The position numbers and the translations under genes are program-made. Shown piece by piece: positions 28,554 to 38,109 of a DNA stretch of 64,000 nucleotides. Location of the stretch: NCBI GenBank assembly GCA_014075295.1, contig CP046180.1, positions 954,458-1,018,457 of the forward strand, in the 5' to 3' direction. The number at the start of each line of letters is the position of its first letter. The first letter of the stretch is position 1. Origin of the DNA: Candidatus Mycalebacterium zealandia (GTDB lineage Bacteria > Desulfobacterota_D > UBA1144 > Nemesobacterales > Mycalebacteriaceae). The notes beneath the pieces are model-generated. The model saw nothing but the letters and a program-made list of their open reading frames with translations. It ran no database searches and was not told where the DNA came from.

Positions 28554-29597
28554 TCAAACCTCGTCTATGGTTTCTATAACGGTTTCCACCACCCACTTTT
28601 CGATGGATTTTTGCGAAATGCCACCGAGCAGTTTTTTGAACTCTCTCACGGGAACAACCACTTTTGCCGCAGAACTGTGTCCACCGCCTCCGCCCTGCTT
28701 CATCTGTTCGCGAAGAACTTTGCCGTTTTTGCCGTTTTCGGACCCGAACATATGGAAAAGGTGCCGCGCCACCCTGCCCGCGCTCTTAACATAGCCAACA
28801 TTGCGCAACGAAAGCAGAAAGTAGGAATCCCGCAAAATCCCGAACGAAGCGACCCATTCGGTGTCTTTTACCTGCATACAGAAATCAGCCATTTTTGGAA
28901 TCATGTATTCATGATTCACCTTGCCCAGATTAACAAAAAGCACACCGTCTTTAACCCGGTGACGCGCAAGCGATTTGCCGAACACCTTAAGTTGGTCGGA
29001 GGGAATTTCCGCCTTTTCTATTTTCCTCAAAAGTCCGAGGTTGGCTTTTTGATAGAGAAAGGTGAACGCTTCAATGTCGTCATCACCGGCATCGCGGGCG
29101 AGGGAAAATGTGTCGGTCTTTATCCCGTAGAGCAGAGCGGTCGCGAGCCGTTCGGAAATTTCCATCCCTGAAGCGCGCAACAATCCCGTCATTATTGTTG
29201 AGGTAGCTCCCTCATCGGCGCTTATCCTCACAAAACTGGCTTTGTAGTTTTCCACTTCGGGATGGTGGTCAATAACGGAATCCACCTTTGGAAGAATATC
29301 GCCGAAAAAAGACGGCTGAACATCAACCATGGCTACCGAATCAAAGTTTTTCGCCTGCCGCAGGGTGACGGAAACAACATCAATTTCAAGCATATCCATC
29401 ATCGCAACATTTTCCGGGCGCGAAACGGTTGTGCCAAAATGCCCGATTGTCGCCGTCTGGCGATTCCTTCCCAGCAGAGTTCTCAAGGCAAGCGCACTTG
29501 CCATCGCGTCCGGGTCGGGATGGTCGTGAAGGAGAATCAGAATTTTATCCGCGCCTTCGTGAACCTTCTTCAATTTTGCTACACCAGATTTACTCAT
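28554..29597 (-). CDS. DHH/DHHA1 family phosphoesterase (NrnA-like)
   Basis: HDHPDPDA, IDHH, YGIKTDT, GGGH. Confidence 0.88.
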   Translation of the reverse strand: MSKSGVAKLKKVHEGADKILILLHDHPDPDAMASALALRTLLGRNRQTATIGHFGTTVSRPENVAMMDMLEIDVVSVTLRQAKNFDSVAMVDVQPSFFGDILPKVDSVIDHHPEVENYKASFVRISADEGATSTIMTGLLRASGMEISERLATALLYGIKTDTFSLARDAGDDDIEAFTFLYQKANLGLLRKIEKAEIPSDQLKVFGKSLARHRVKDGVLFVNLGKVNHEYMIPKMADFCMQVKDTEWVASFGILRDSYFLLSLRNVGYVKSAGRVARHLFHMFGSENGKNGKVLREQMKQGGGGGHSSAAKVVVPVREFKKLLGGISQKSIEKWVVETVIETIDEV

Positions 29598-30409
29598 GAC
29601 CTCTGACCGCTTCGGCACGCTTTTGAAAGATCGGAAACAAAATCCGCAATTTTATCAAGCATGGCGGCGTCCGCCGAAAACTCTTCCACCATGCGCATTA
29701 TAGAGCTTCCCACAACCACCGCATCCGCAAAAGACGCGACTCTGCCCGCCTGCTCCGGGGTTGAAATTCCGAACCCGACACCGACCGGAAGACCGGTTTT
29801 GTTTCTTATTTTTTCAACAAGCCCTTTCACGTTCCCGTAGTCCATTTCAGGACGCTCTCCCGTAACGCCCGTGATTGAGACAAGATATATGAACCCTCCG
29901 GCAAGACGCGCGACCGCCTCTATGCGCTTGTCGGTTGTGTTGGGAGACAGCAGAAAAATCTCGTCCAGCCCTTTCTCTTTCAGGGAGGAGTTGAACTCCG
30001 CCGCCTCTTCGGGCGGCAGGTCAACGGTTAGAATGCCGTCCGCTCCGGCGGCTTTGGCATCCGCTGTGAGACGCTCAATACCGTAACGGTAAAACGGGTT
30101 GTAATAACCGAAAAGAAGAATAGGAATATCAGAGCGGTCCCTGATTTTCCGCACGGTTTTCAAGATCTTTTCAAGAGTCGCGCCTGACTCAAGAGCCCTT
30201 TCGCAAGCCCTTTGAATAACGGGCCCGTCCGCCATGGGGTCTGAAAACGGAATGCCTATCTCAAGTATGTCCGCGCCGCTTGAAGCTATTCGCACGGCGA
30301 TTTCCTCAGTCAGTTGAAGAGATGGGTCTCCCGCGGTGAGATAGCACACAAGAGCCGCATCGCCGCGCTCTTTCAGTTCGGAAAATTTTTGATTGATTGC
30401 CTTAGGCAT
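29594..30409 (-). CDS. trpA: Tryptophan synthase alpha chain
   Basis: EIGIPFSDPMADGPVIQ, YYNP, GVTG, VGFGIS. Confidence 0.97.
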   Translation of the reverse strand: MPKAINQKFSELKERGDAALVCYLTAGDPSLQLTEEIAVRIASSGADILEIGIPFSDPMADGPVIQRACERALESGATLEKILKTVRKIRDRSDIPILLFGYYNPFYRYGIERLTADAKAAGADGILTVDLPPEEAAEFNSSLKEKGLDEIFLLSPNTTDKRIEAVARLAGGFIYLVSITGVTGERPEMDYGNVKGLVEKIRNKTGLPVGVGFGISTPEQAGRVASFADAVVVGSSIMRMVEEFSADAAMLDKIADFVSDLSKACRSGQRS

Positions 30410-30474
30410 TGTGAAAAAAGGAATTTGCGTCTTTGAAGGAAAAGACGCCCGCCCGCCTCATTTTGGAAATGGAA

Positions 30475-30502
30475 ATTATAACAGCAAAAAGTAAGCGGTC
30501 AA
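30475..30502 (-). promoter_or_regulatory. Putative internal promoter for trpA
   Basis: TTGACC-16 nt-TATAAT with extended TG; the leader holds a GCGTCTTT/AAAGACGC hairpin (30427-30448). Confidence 0.6.
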
Positions 30503-30533
30503 TTAAACGGAAAAGTTGCCGGCGGCGGACGGT

Positions 30534-31034
30534 CTAATAATCCCCAAACGCGTAGTATTTGGTAAGGACGAAATTCAAGAAAAAACCTATGCAAATTGAA
30601 AAGCCGTTCGCAAGAAATATACCGTCAAAAGGAAGAATCGGCAGACTCTGTATTTCGCCGAAATGAAAACCGTCAACCAGAAGCCAGAGAATCAGCAAAC
30701 TTACAACAAGCGCCGCCACGCCCGACAAAAATTTACGCCACGAAGCCATGGCAAGCGAGCGCCCTCTGATTCTGAAAACAAAATTCATGCAGATAAGAAA
30801 ATTAACAGTCGTCCCGATTGAGAAAGAAATGGTTTTCGCCACAAACCATTCCGTCACCACAAACTGCGCTCCGCCCGGTAGGAAAACGGTAATTGAGCCA
30901 AACACGAGAATCTGTCTGACAATCTCAAAAACCATCAAATCAATCGTTGCCGAAACCACACCCACAAGCGCGTATTTCAAAAAATGGCGCGCCCACTGAG
31001 GTAACCGGCTCTCAATTTTCGTAACTTCTTCCAT
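30534..31034 (-). CDS. GtrA-family membrane protein
   Basis: FLKYALVGVVSATID…NF…FVF; four TM segments. Confidence 0.75.
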   Translation of the reverse strand: MEEVTKIESRLPQWARHFLKYALVGVVSATIDLMVFEIVRQILVFGSITVFLPGGAQFVVTEWFVAKTISFSIGTTVNFLICMNFVFRIRGRSLAMASWRKFLSGVAALVVSLLILWLLVDGFHFGEIQSLPILPFDGIFLANGFSICIGFFLNFVLTKYYAFGDY

Positions 31035-31040
31035 CTCTTC

Positions 31041-32216
31041 CTATCCATCCGCCCTCTGGGCGACCACGTCTATATCTTTGTCCCCCCTGCCCGAAAGGCA
31101 AACCACAACAGTCGCGCTTGCGGGCATGTCCGTAGCAACCTTCATTACATAAGAAACTGCGTGAGCGCTCTCAAGAGCGGGAATTATACCTTCGGTTTCA
31201 GAGAGAAAATAGAACGCTTCAAGCGCATCATCATCTGACACCGAAACGTATTCGGCAAGACCCGCATCGTGGAAAAACGAGTGCTCGGGACCCACGCCCG
31301 GATAGTCAAGACCGGCGGCAATAGAGTGCGCCTTCTCTATCTGCCCGTCATCGTCTTGAAGAACAAATGTTCTGCTACCGTGCAAAACCCCTTGAGAGCC
31401 CCGCGTGATTGTCGCTGAATTGTTGCCCGGCTCAAGTCCGCCGCCACCCGCCTCAACACCGACTTTCACCACTTCCGAATCTTCAATAAACGGATAAAAC
31501 AAACCCGCCGCGTTTGAGCCGCCGCCAACACACGCAACAAGCAGATTCGGTTTTCCAACTCCGGCGGATGTGAATTGCTTTTTCACTTCGGTACCGATGA
31601 CGGATTGAAAATCCCTGACCATTGTGGGATACGGATGCGGTCCCGCTACGCTACCGATAACATAAAAAGTGTCCGCAACGTTTGTTACCCAGTCTCTCAT
31701 CGCTTCGTTCAGAGCGTCTTTGAGAGTCGCGCTTCCGGTATCAACGGGATGAATTGTCGCACCGAGAGCACGCATCCGCAAAAGGTTCATTTTCTGCCGT
31801 TCGGTGTCTTTTCGCCCCATGTAAACTTCGCATTTTTTCCCTGAAAGAGCGGCGACCGTGGCGGTGGCAACTCCATGCTGCCCCGCTCCGGTTTCTGCGA
31901 TAATGCGGTTTTTGCCCATTCTGTCGGCAAGCATAATCTGCCCGATTGTGTTGTTTATCTTGTGCGCTCCGGTGTGCGCCAAATCTTCGCGTTTAAGATA
32001 GATTTGCGCGCCGCCGAGTTTTTTTGTCATTCTTTCGGCAAAATAAAGAGGCGTGGGTCTGCCCGCAAAATCCGCAAGACATTTGCCAACCGCGTTTGTG
32101 AAATCGGGGTCGGATATGGCTTTTTTATAAGCCTCTTCCAGTTCAAGAAGCGGGGGCATCAGGGTTTCCGAAACAAAACGCCCCCCAAAATCTCCGAAAA
32201 AACCTTCCTTATTCAT
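31041..32216 (-). CDS. trpB: Tryptophan synthase beta chain
   Basis: [43 protein letters not shown]. Confidence 0.98.
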   Translation of the reverse strand: MNKEGFFGDFGGRFVSETLMPPLLELEEAYKKAISDPDFTNAVGKCLADFAGRPTPLYFAERMTKKLGGAQIYLKREDLAHTGAHKINNTIGQIMLADRMGKNRIIAETGAGQHGVATATVAALSGKKCEVYMGRKDTERQKMNLLRMRALGATIHPVDTGSATLKDALNEAMRDWVTNVADTFYVIGSVAGPHPYPTMVRDFQSVIGTEVKKQFTSAGVGKPNLLVACVGGGSNAAGLFYPFIEDSEVVKVGVEAGGGGLEPGNNSATITRGSQGVLHGSRTFVLQDDDGQIEKAHSIAAGLDYPGVGPEHSFFHDAGLAEYVSVSDDDALEAFYFLSETEGIIPALESAHAVSYVMKVATDMPASATVVVCLSGRGDKDIDVVAQRADG

Positions 32217-32835
32217 TGTTGTCGGCAATTTGTACTTCTTCCATAAACTTTTTCAGTTTGCCCAAATCTTTCACGCCCGGGGTTTTTTCAACCCCGGAAC
32301 AAACATCAACCGCGTAGGGCTTTGCCGCTCCAATGGACTCGGCGACATTGCCGGAATTAAGCCCGCCTGAAAGAAACAGTTTTTTGCCCTTCAAGTCAAT
32401 CCCGCTCAATAAATCCCAGTTAAAGGTTCTGCCGGTTCCACCGAACTGCCTGTCGGCAAAAGTGTCAAGCAACACAAAATTTGAGTCGTAATCGTCTATC
32501 TCCTTCAAACTGTCTCTGTCTTTGACTCTAACCGCTTTCATATAGACGCCGGGGATTTGGCTGCAGAACTGCGGCGTTTCATCGCCGTGAATTTGAGCCA
32601 GATCAAGCCCGACCGATTTCATAACACCGCCGATAAAATCAACTTCCTGATTTACAAAAACCCCGGCCTTCACAACATCTGACGGCAGAAGAGACGCTAT
32701 ACGCGCCGCCGATTCGGGTTCAATATGCCTTCTGCTACCCGGATAAAAGATGAAACCCACAGCCGCCGCGCCCATATCCGCCGCCATAATGGCGTCATCG
32801 GCGTTAGTTATTCCGCAAACCTTAACTCTTGTCAT
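32209..32835 (-). CDS. trpF: Phosphoribosylanthranilate isomerase
   Basis: [30 protein letters not shown]. Confidence 0.96.
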   Translation of the reverse strand: MTRVKVCGITNADDAIMAADMGAAAVGFIFYPGSRRHIEPESAARIASLLPSDVVKAGVFVNQEVDFIGGVMKSVGLDLAQIHGDETPQFCSQIPGVYMKAVRVKDRDSLKEIDDYDSNFVLLDTFADRQFGGTGRTFNWDLLSGIDLKGKKLFLSGGLNSGNVAESIGAAKPYAVDVCSGVEKTPGVKDLGKLKKFMEEVQIADNNE

Positions 32836-32930
32836 CGGAAAACCACTATAACAGGCGCAAACGGGTTTTGGAATTACCGTTCAGGCGTTACCGGACTCAC
32901 TGAAAAACAGGACGAACGGACGGCGGACCG

Positions 32931-34223
32931 TTATCTTTTTCTGGCGGACATCGGAACAAAATTCCTTTTGTTCTTTCCCGTATACACCTGACGCGGACGC
33001 GCTATTTTAGTCTCCGGATTCGTTATCATCTCTTCCCACTGAGCCAGCCACCCGGTGGTTCGCGCGATGGCAAAAAGAACAGTAAACATGCTCACCGGAA
33101 GTCCGAGACTCTGGTATATAAGACCGGAGTAGAAATCCACGTTGGGGTAGAGTTGCCTCTTTACGAAGTAGTCGTCTTCAAGAGCGATTCTCTCAAGCTC
33201 AAGCGCGATTTCAAGAAGCGGATTTTTGCCGACTTTAGAGAAAACCTTGTGCGCTATGTCCTTGATTATCGCGGCGCGCGGGTCGTATGCTTTATAAACT
33301 CTGTGCCCAAATCCCATAAGGCGGAATTCACCGTTTTTCGCCCTCTTTATGTAGTCCGGTATCCGCTTTTTATCACCTATCTCCGCAAGCATTTTCAGCA
33401 CCGCTTCGTTTGCCCCTCCGTGCAGAGGCCCGTAAAGCGCGCTCACTGCGGCGGCGGTCGCGGAATAAGGGTCGGGCAAACTGCTTCCCGCGTCTCTCAT
33501 AACACTTGTGCTACAGTTCTGCTCATGGTCAGCGTGAAGTATGAAAAGCACATCCATCGCTTTTTCAACAACGGGGTCCGGCTTGTATTTTCTCGTTCCC
33601 ACTCTGAACATCATATTAAGGAAATTCCCCGTATAACTCAGGTCGTTGTCGGGATAGTTATACGGAAGCCCTATCGCGTGCCGATACGAAAACGCCGCGA
33701 TTGTCGGCATTTTTGCGATAAGCCGATGAATTTGAATCATGCGATTGTCGCGGTCTTCCACGTCCTTGGCTTCGGGATAGAAGGTTGAAAGCGCGCCCAC
33801 GGTGCTCATCATCATCCCCATCGGGTGAGCGTCATAGCGGTAACCGTCCATGAATTTCTTGATGTTTTCGTGCAGAAAAGTGTGGTGAGTGATGTTATAA
33901 CCCCATTCGTCATACTGTTTTTTATTGGGTAACTCGCCATGAATCAACAAATAGGCAACCTCGAGAAAATTGCTTTTTTTCGCGAGTTGCTCAATGGGAT
34001 ATCCCCTGTATCTGAGAATCCCTTTTTCGCCGTCTATGAAGGTTACTGAGCTCTGGCAAGATGCCGTGTTTGTGAAAGCGGGGTCGTAACTCATCATTCC
34101 GAAATCGGTCTTTTTGACCTTAATCTGCCTTAAATCGGCGGCTTTGATGGTACTGTTGTCAACGGGAATTTCATATTTGCTCCCCGTTCTGTTATCCGTG
34201 ATTGTAAGAGTGTTCTTAGGCAT
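32931..34223 (-). CDS. gltA: Citrate synthase
   Basis: LHADHEQN, GPLHGGANE, GFGHRVYK, YPNVDFYSG; AAGGAGG SD. Confidence 0.97.
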   Translation of the reverse strand: MPKNTLTITDNRTGSKYEIPVDNSTIKAADLRQIKVKKTDFGMMSYDPAFTNTASCQSSVTFIDGEKGILRYRGYPIEQLAKKSNFLEVAYLLIHGELPNKKQYDEWGYNITHHTFLHENIKKFMDGYRYDAHPMGMMMSTVGALSTFYPEAKDVEDRDNRMIQIHRLIAKMPTIAAFSYRHAIGLPYNYPDNDLSYTGNFLNMMFRVGTRKYKPDPVVEKAMDVLFILHADHEQNCSTSVMRDAGSSLPDPYSATAAAVSALYGPLHGGANEAVLKMLAEIGDKKRIPDYIKRAKNGEFRLMGFGHRVYKAYDPRAAIIKDIAHKVFSKVGKNPLLEIALELERIALEDDYFVKRQLYPNVDFYSGLIYQSLGLPVSMFTVLFAIARTTGWLAQWEEMITNPETKIARPRQVYTGKNKRNFVPMSARKR

Positions 34224-34351
34224 TTGTTTATCCCTCCTTTTCAACTACGACAACCGGACTGAAGCACCCTGAAAATAGAGAATTCGGTTGCTTAAAACTG
34301 TGATTGGCAGTTTACACGCAACAGCGCGCTTTATCAAACATCCCGGGCGGT

Positions 34352-36655
34352 CTAATCAAACTCCACAAGGGCGGAATCAATGCTTTCAAGACTGTTCGCA
34401 AGCAGTCTTTCGATGTCCGCTTCGCTTTTCGCGCGCATAAGTTTTCTCCTCAAACCTGCAAGAAATTCGGCGTCCGTGTGGTTTGCAATAAATCTGACAA
34501 TCGGAATCCTGTATGGCGAAACGCTCAAGTTTTTGTATCCGAGCGCGGAAATCAGAAGAGCGCCCTTCGGAGAACCCGCTATTTCACCGCAAATCGAGAC
34601 CTCAATCCTGTTTCTGTCCGAGCTTTTTCGTATTGTGTCAAGCACGCGCAAAACCGCCGGATGAAAAGAGGTGTAAAGATGCCCTACCGCACTTGAGTTC
34701 CTGTCAACCGCGAGCAAATACTGAACAAGATCGTTCGTGCCAACAGAAATGAAATCAACAATTTCAGCGTATTCATTAAGAAGCGGAACAAGCGCGGGCA
34801 CCTCAAGCATAACACCGAGCGGCGGAATCTTGTCCGGCGCAAGCCCCGCTTCGGACGCGGTGTCGTCCATAATCTGTTTCGCGGTCTCAACCTCCCAGAT
34901 GTTTGAAACCATCGGAAGCAAAATCCTCAGGCGCGCGCCGCCCACAGCGGCAAGCATTATGGATTTTATCTGCTCCCTGAACAGGTCAAGATATTCCATT
35001 GAGAACCGAATCGCCCTCAAACCGAGAAGAGGATTCTCCTCTTCGGGAATATTGAAATACGGAAGCACCTTGTCCGCGCCGATGTCAAGCGTTCTGACTG
35101 TTACGCTTCCGCCGAATTTGCGCGATATGTCACCGTAGATTTTTGTCTGCTCATCAACGCCGGGCGGTTTTTCAAAGCTCGCGAACGCAAACTCCGTTCT
35201 GAAAAGCCCCACATCGGAAACTCCGTGTCGCACAGCGGTTTCAATATCGTCCGGAAAACCTATATTCGCCGTGAGAATCATTTCCCGCGCCACGTCCGTA
35301 ATCTTCTCATCGGACTCAAAAAGATGGCGGATTTCCTCAATTCTCCTGCCGCTACTTTCATACTCCTTCACAAGCATTTCATCGGGATTGACAAAAACAA
35401 AACCCGTTCTGCCGTCAACGATGACTTTGTCGCCGGAGTTAATGAGGTCGCAAACATTCTCTATCCCGATAACAACGGGTATGCCGAGCGATTTGGCAAT
35501 TATGACCGCATGCGAAGTTTCCCCGCCTCTTTCGGTTATAACGCCCGCTATTTTGTTTTTACCAAGCATTGAAACAAACGAGGGGCCTATCTCCCGCGCG
35601 ACCAGTATTGTGGAACTGTCGGAGCCCTCTAACGGCTCCGCTTCTTTTTTCTTGAACCTTACAAGTTCGTGAAGAAGTTTCTCGCCTATGTCTCTAAAAT
35701 CCTGCGCTTTTTCCCTCACATACCTGTCCGAGTGGTGCTCAAATCTCCCGGCAATTGACTCAATACCCTGAACAACGGCTGTTTCTGCGGAAACATCGCC
35801 CTTTTCAACGCGCGAAATAATCACACCCCGAACCGAATCCGAGCTTTCGCTTGAAAGAAGCATCAGATGGGCTTCAAAAATCTCAATCTCGCTCGCGGAA
35901 AGAACATCGTCTTTTTGCAAAACCCCTATGAGGTCTTTCATATCTTTTTCAACGCGCAAGAACGCTTCAAAAAGACGTTTTTTCTCCTCATCCGCGGACT
36001 GCGGAGGCGGAGAGAACATGCCCGCGCTTCCGAAAAGCCCGCTTATGAGAAAAGCGTTTCCGACCGCGACTCCGGAAGACACTCCTTTGCCCTGATAGGT
36101 TCTGGTTTTGTGCTCAATGATGGAAGGCGTATGAAGCCGGTCAAGGGTGTCCGCAACTTCAAGAAGTCCGGCCAGACGCGAAGCGATAATCTCAAAAAGC
36201 GTCTGCTCGGCGGGGGTAATGTGGCGCCGCTGGCTTGTCTGCCCCACCAAAACGCCGACACAGTGGTTTTTAAGAACAATGGGAACGCCGAGATAACATT
36301 CGTATTTTTCCTCTCCGGTGTTTTCAATCGGTTTGTATTTAGGATGGCTGGAAACATTCATGGTCACAAAAGGACGCATGGTTTTGAATATCATTCCCGC
36401 TATTCCCTCACCGCTTGAAATTGTTATTTCGGCGTCCGTTTCGCTGTCAAATCCTGTGTTGGCCCTCAGGCGTAAGGTGCTGTTGTCGCCGTCAATTATG
36501 TATACTGAAACGACTTCGAAATGAAGCGACTCACTTATTTTGTTGACAACTCCCTTGAGAATAGTGTTCAGGCCTGTGGATTTATTCACAAAATCGCTTA
36601 TTTCCTGAACTATTTTCAGATGGAGATGCTCTCTGTCCACGGTTGTTCGTGACAT
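34352..36655 (-). CDS. ptsP: GAF-domain PEP-protein phosphotransferase (EI-Ntr)
   Basis: N-terminal GAF domain, GGETSHAVI phospho-His, GLFRTEF, SVGTNDLVQY, ICGE. Confidence 0.92.
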   Translation of the reverse strand: MSRTTVDREHLHLKIVQEISDFVNKSTGLNTILKGVVNKISESLHFEVVSVYIIDGDNSTLRLRANTGFDSETDAEITISSGEGIAGMIFKTMRPFVTMNVSSHPKYKPIENTGEEKYECYLGVPIVLKNHCVGVLVGQTSQRRHITPAEQTLFEIIASRLAGLLEVADTLDRLHTPSIIEHKTRTYQGKGVSSGVAVGNAFLISGLFGSAGMFSPPPQSADEEKKRLFEAFLRVEKDMKDLIGVLQKDDVLSASEIEIFEAHLMLLSSESSDSVRGVIISRVEKGDVSAETAVVQGIESIAGRFEHHSDRYVREKAQDFRDIGEKLLHELVRFKKKEAEPLEGSDSSTILVAREIGPSFVSMLGKNKIAGVITERGGETSHAVIIAKSLGIPVVIGIENVCDLINSGDKVIVDGRTGFVFVNPDEMLVKEYESSGRRIEEIRHLFESDEKITDVAREMILTANIGFPDDIETAVRHGVSDVGLFRTEFAFASFEKPPGVDEQTKIYGDISRKFGGSVTVRTLDIGADKVLPYFNIPEEENPLLGLRAIRFSMEYLDLFREQIKSIMLAAVGGARLRILLPMVSNIWEVETAKQIMDDTASEAGLAPDKIPPLGVMLEVPALVPLLNEYAEIVDFISVGTNDLVQYLLAVDRNSSAVGHLYTSFHPAVLRVLDTIRKSSDRNRIEVSICGEIAGSPKGALLISALGYKNLSVSPYRIPIVRFIANHTDAEFLAGLRRKLMRAKSEADIERLLANSLESIDSALVEFD

Positions 36656-36706
36656 GTCGCCTAATTATACCGACAAAAAGAGAGCTAACGGCCGGGCTGA
36701 ACTGAA

Positions 36707-38092
36707 ATGAGAAAAGAAAACCAAAAACTGCGTGTGGCGATTATAGGGTCCGGTCCGGCGGGTTTTTACACAGCGGACAGGATTTTTAAAAAAAGTCCCG
36801 TTCCGGTACAGATTGACATGTTTGATTTGCTGCCAACCCCTCACGGACTCGTGCGGCAGGGTGTTGCGCCTGACCACCAGAAAATCAAAAGTGTATCAAA
36901 GATGTTTGACAAAATTGCCTCAGAACCCGGTTTTCGTTTTTTTGGATTTGTGGAGTTTGGAAAAGACATAACTCTCAGCGATATAAGGAAAAATTATCAT
37001 CAAATAGTTTTCGCCACCGGAGCGCAAACGGACAAAAAAATTCAAATTCCCGGCGAAGATCTGGTCCGGAGCCACACGGCGACCGAGTTTGTCGCGTGGT
37101 ACAACGGTCACCCGCACTTTTCAAATCTTGATTTCGACTTGTCGGGCGAACGCGCCGTTATAATCGGGGTGGGTAATGTCGCAGTTGATGTGGCGAGGAT
37201 ATTGTGCCTCAGTCCGGCGGAGATGCTCAAAACTGACATCGCCGACTACGCGCTTGAAAAACTCTCATCAAGCGGCATCAAAGAAGTATTCATAATCGGG
37301 CGCAGGGGACCCGCGCAGGCGGCTTTCACAAACCCCGAACTGAAAGAGCTTGGCAACCTTGAAGAGGCGGACGCGCAGGCGCGCCCGGAAGATGTGCGAC
37401 TTGACACCGTAACGAGCAAGTTTCTTGAAAAAAATCCTGACGCGGCAACTGAGAAAAAACTTGAAATTCTCCGTGGGTTTTCACAACGGCGCTCAGGGAA
37501 AAAGAAAACCCTGCATTTCAGATTTCTGCTTTCCCCGTTGAGCATCGACCCCGGTACGGACGGCGGAGTGCAAAGTGTGACTTTCGCGAAAAACCGTCTT
37601 GTAAAAAAGGATGACGGAACCCTCGCCGCAAATGCCACCGGGGAAACCGAAACAATGGAAGTGGCGATTATTTTCCGCTCAATCGGTTACACGGGAGTCG
37701 CCCTGAAAGACGTTCCTTTTGACGAAAAATCGGGAGTTATTCCCAACGACGCGGGCAGAGTCCTGGATAAACCCGGCGGGAAGCAACTTGAAGGTCTCTA
37801 TACGACCGGCTGGATTAAAAGAGGCGCGACCGGAATTATCGGGACAAATAAAATGGACTCCACCGAAACGGTTGATTTGATGCTTGAGGATTTTGCCGAA
37901 GGGAAAACCCTGAGCCCCTCCGCGCCTCAGGATGCGGTTGACAAACTGCTTCAGAAAACAAAACCGGACTACGTAAGTTACCGAAAGTGGTCTTATATAG
38001 ACGGCAAGGAAAAGACAAAAGGCGAAAAAACGGGACGCCCGAGGGTTAAATACACAAGCATCGAAGACATCTTCAAAGCGTTGAAAAAATAA
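36707..38092 (+). CDS. Ferredoxin--NADP+ reductase (FprA/adrenodoxin reductase type)
   Basis: GSGPAGFY, GVAPDH, GVGNVAVDVAR, GRRGP, GWIKRG. Confidence 0.9.
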   Translation: MRKENQKLRVAIIGSGPAGFYTADRIFKKSPVPVQIDMFDLLPTPHGLVRQGVAPDHQKIKSVSKMFDKIASEPGFRFFGFVEFGKDITLSDIRKNYHQIVFATGAQTDKKIQIPGEDLVRSHTATEFVAWYNGHPHFSNLDFDLSGERAVIIGVGNVAVDVARILCLSPAEMLKTDIADYALEKLSSSGIKEVFIIGRRGPAQAAFTNPELKELGNLEEADAQARPEDVRLDTVTSKFLEKNPDAATEKKLEILRGFSQRRSGKKKTLHFRFLLSPLSIDPGTDGGVQSVTFAKNRLVKKDDGTLAANATGETETMEVAIIFRSIGYTGVALKDVPFDEKSGVIPNDAGRVLDKPGGKQLEGLYTTGWIKRGATGIIGTNKMDSTETVDLMLEDFAEGKTLSPSAPQDAVDKLLQKTKPDYVSYRKWSYIDGKEKTKGEKTGRPRVKYTSIEDIFKALKK

Positions 38093-38109
38093 ATCCCGCG
38101 TCCGGCACG

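Noticed and set aside
30512..30525. 14-nt match AAAGTTGCCGGCGG shared with the tmRNA interior (~42460)
   Set aside because: A single short match with no further extension; plausibly chance
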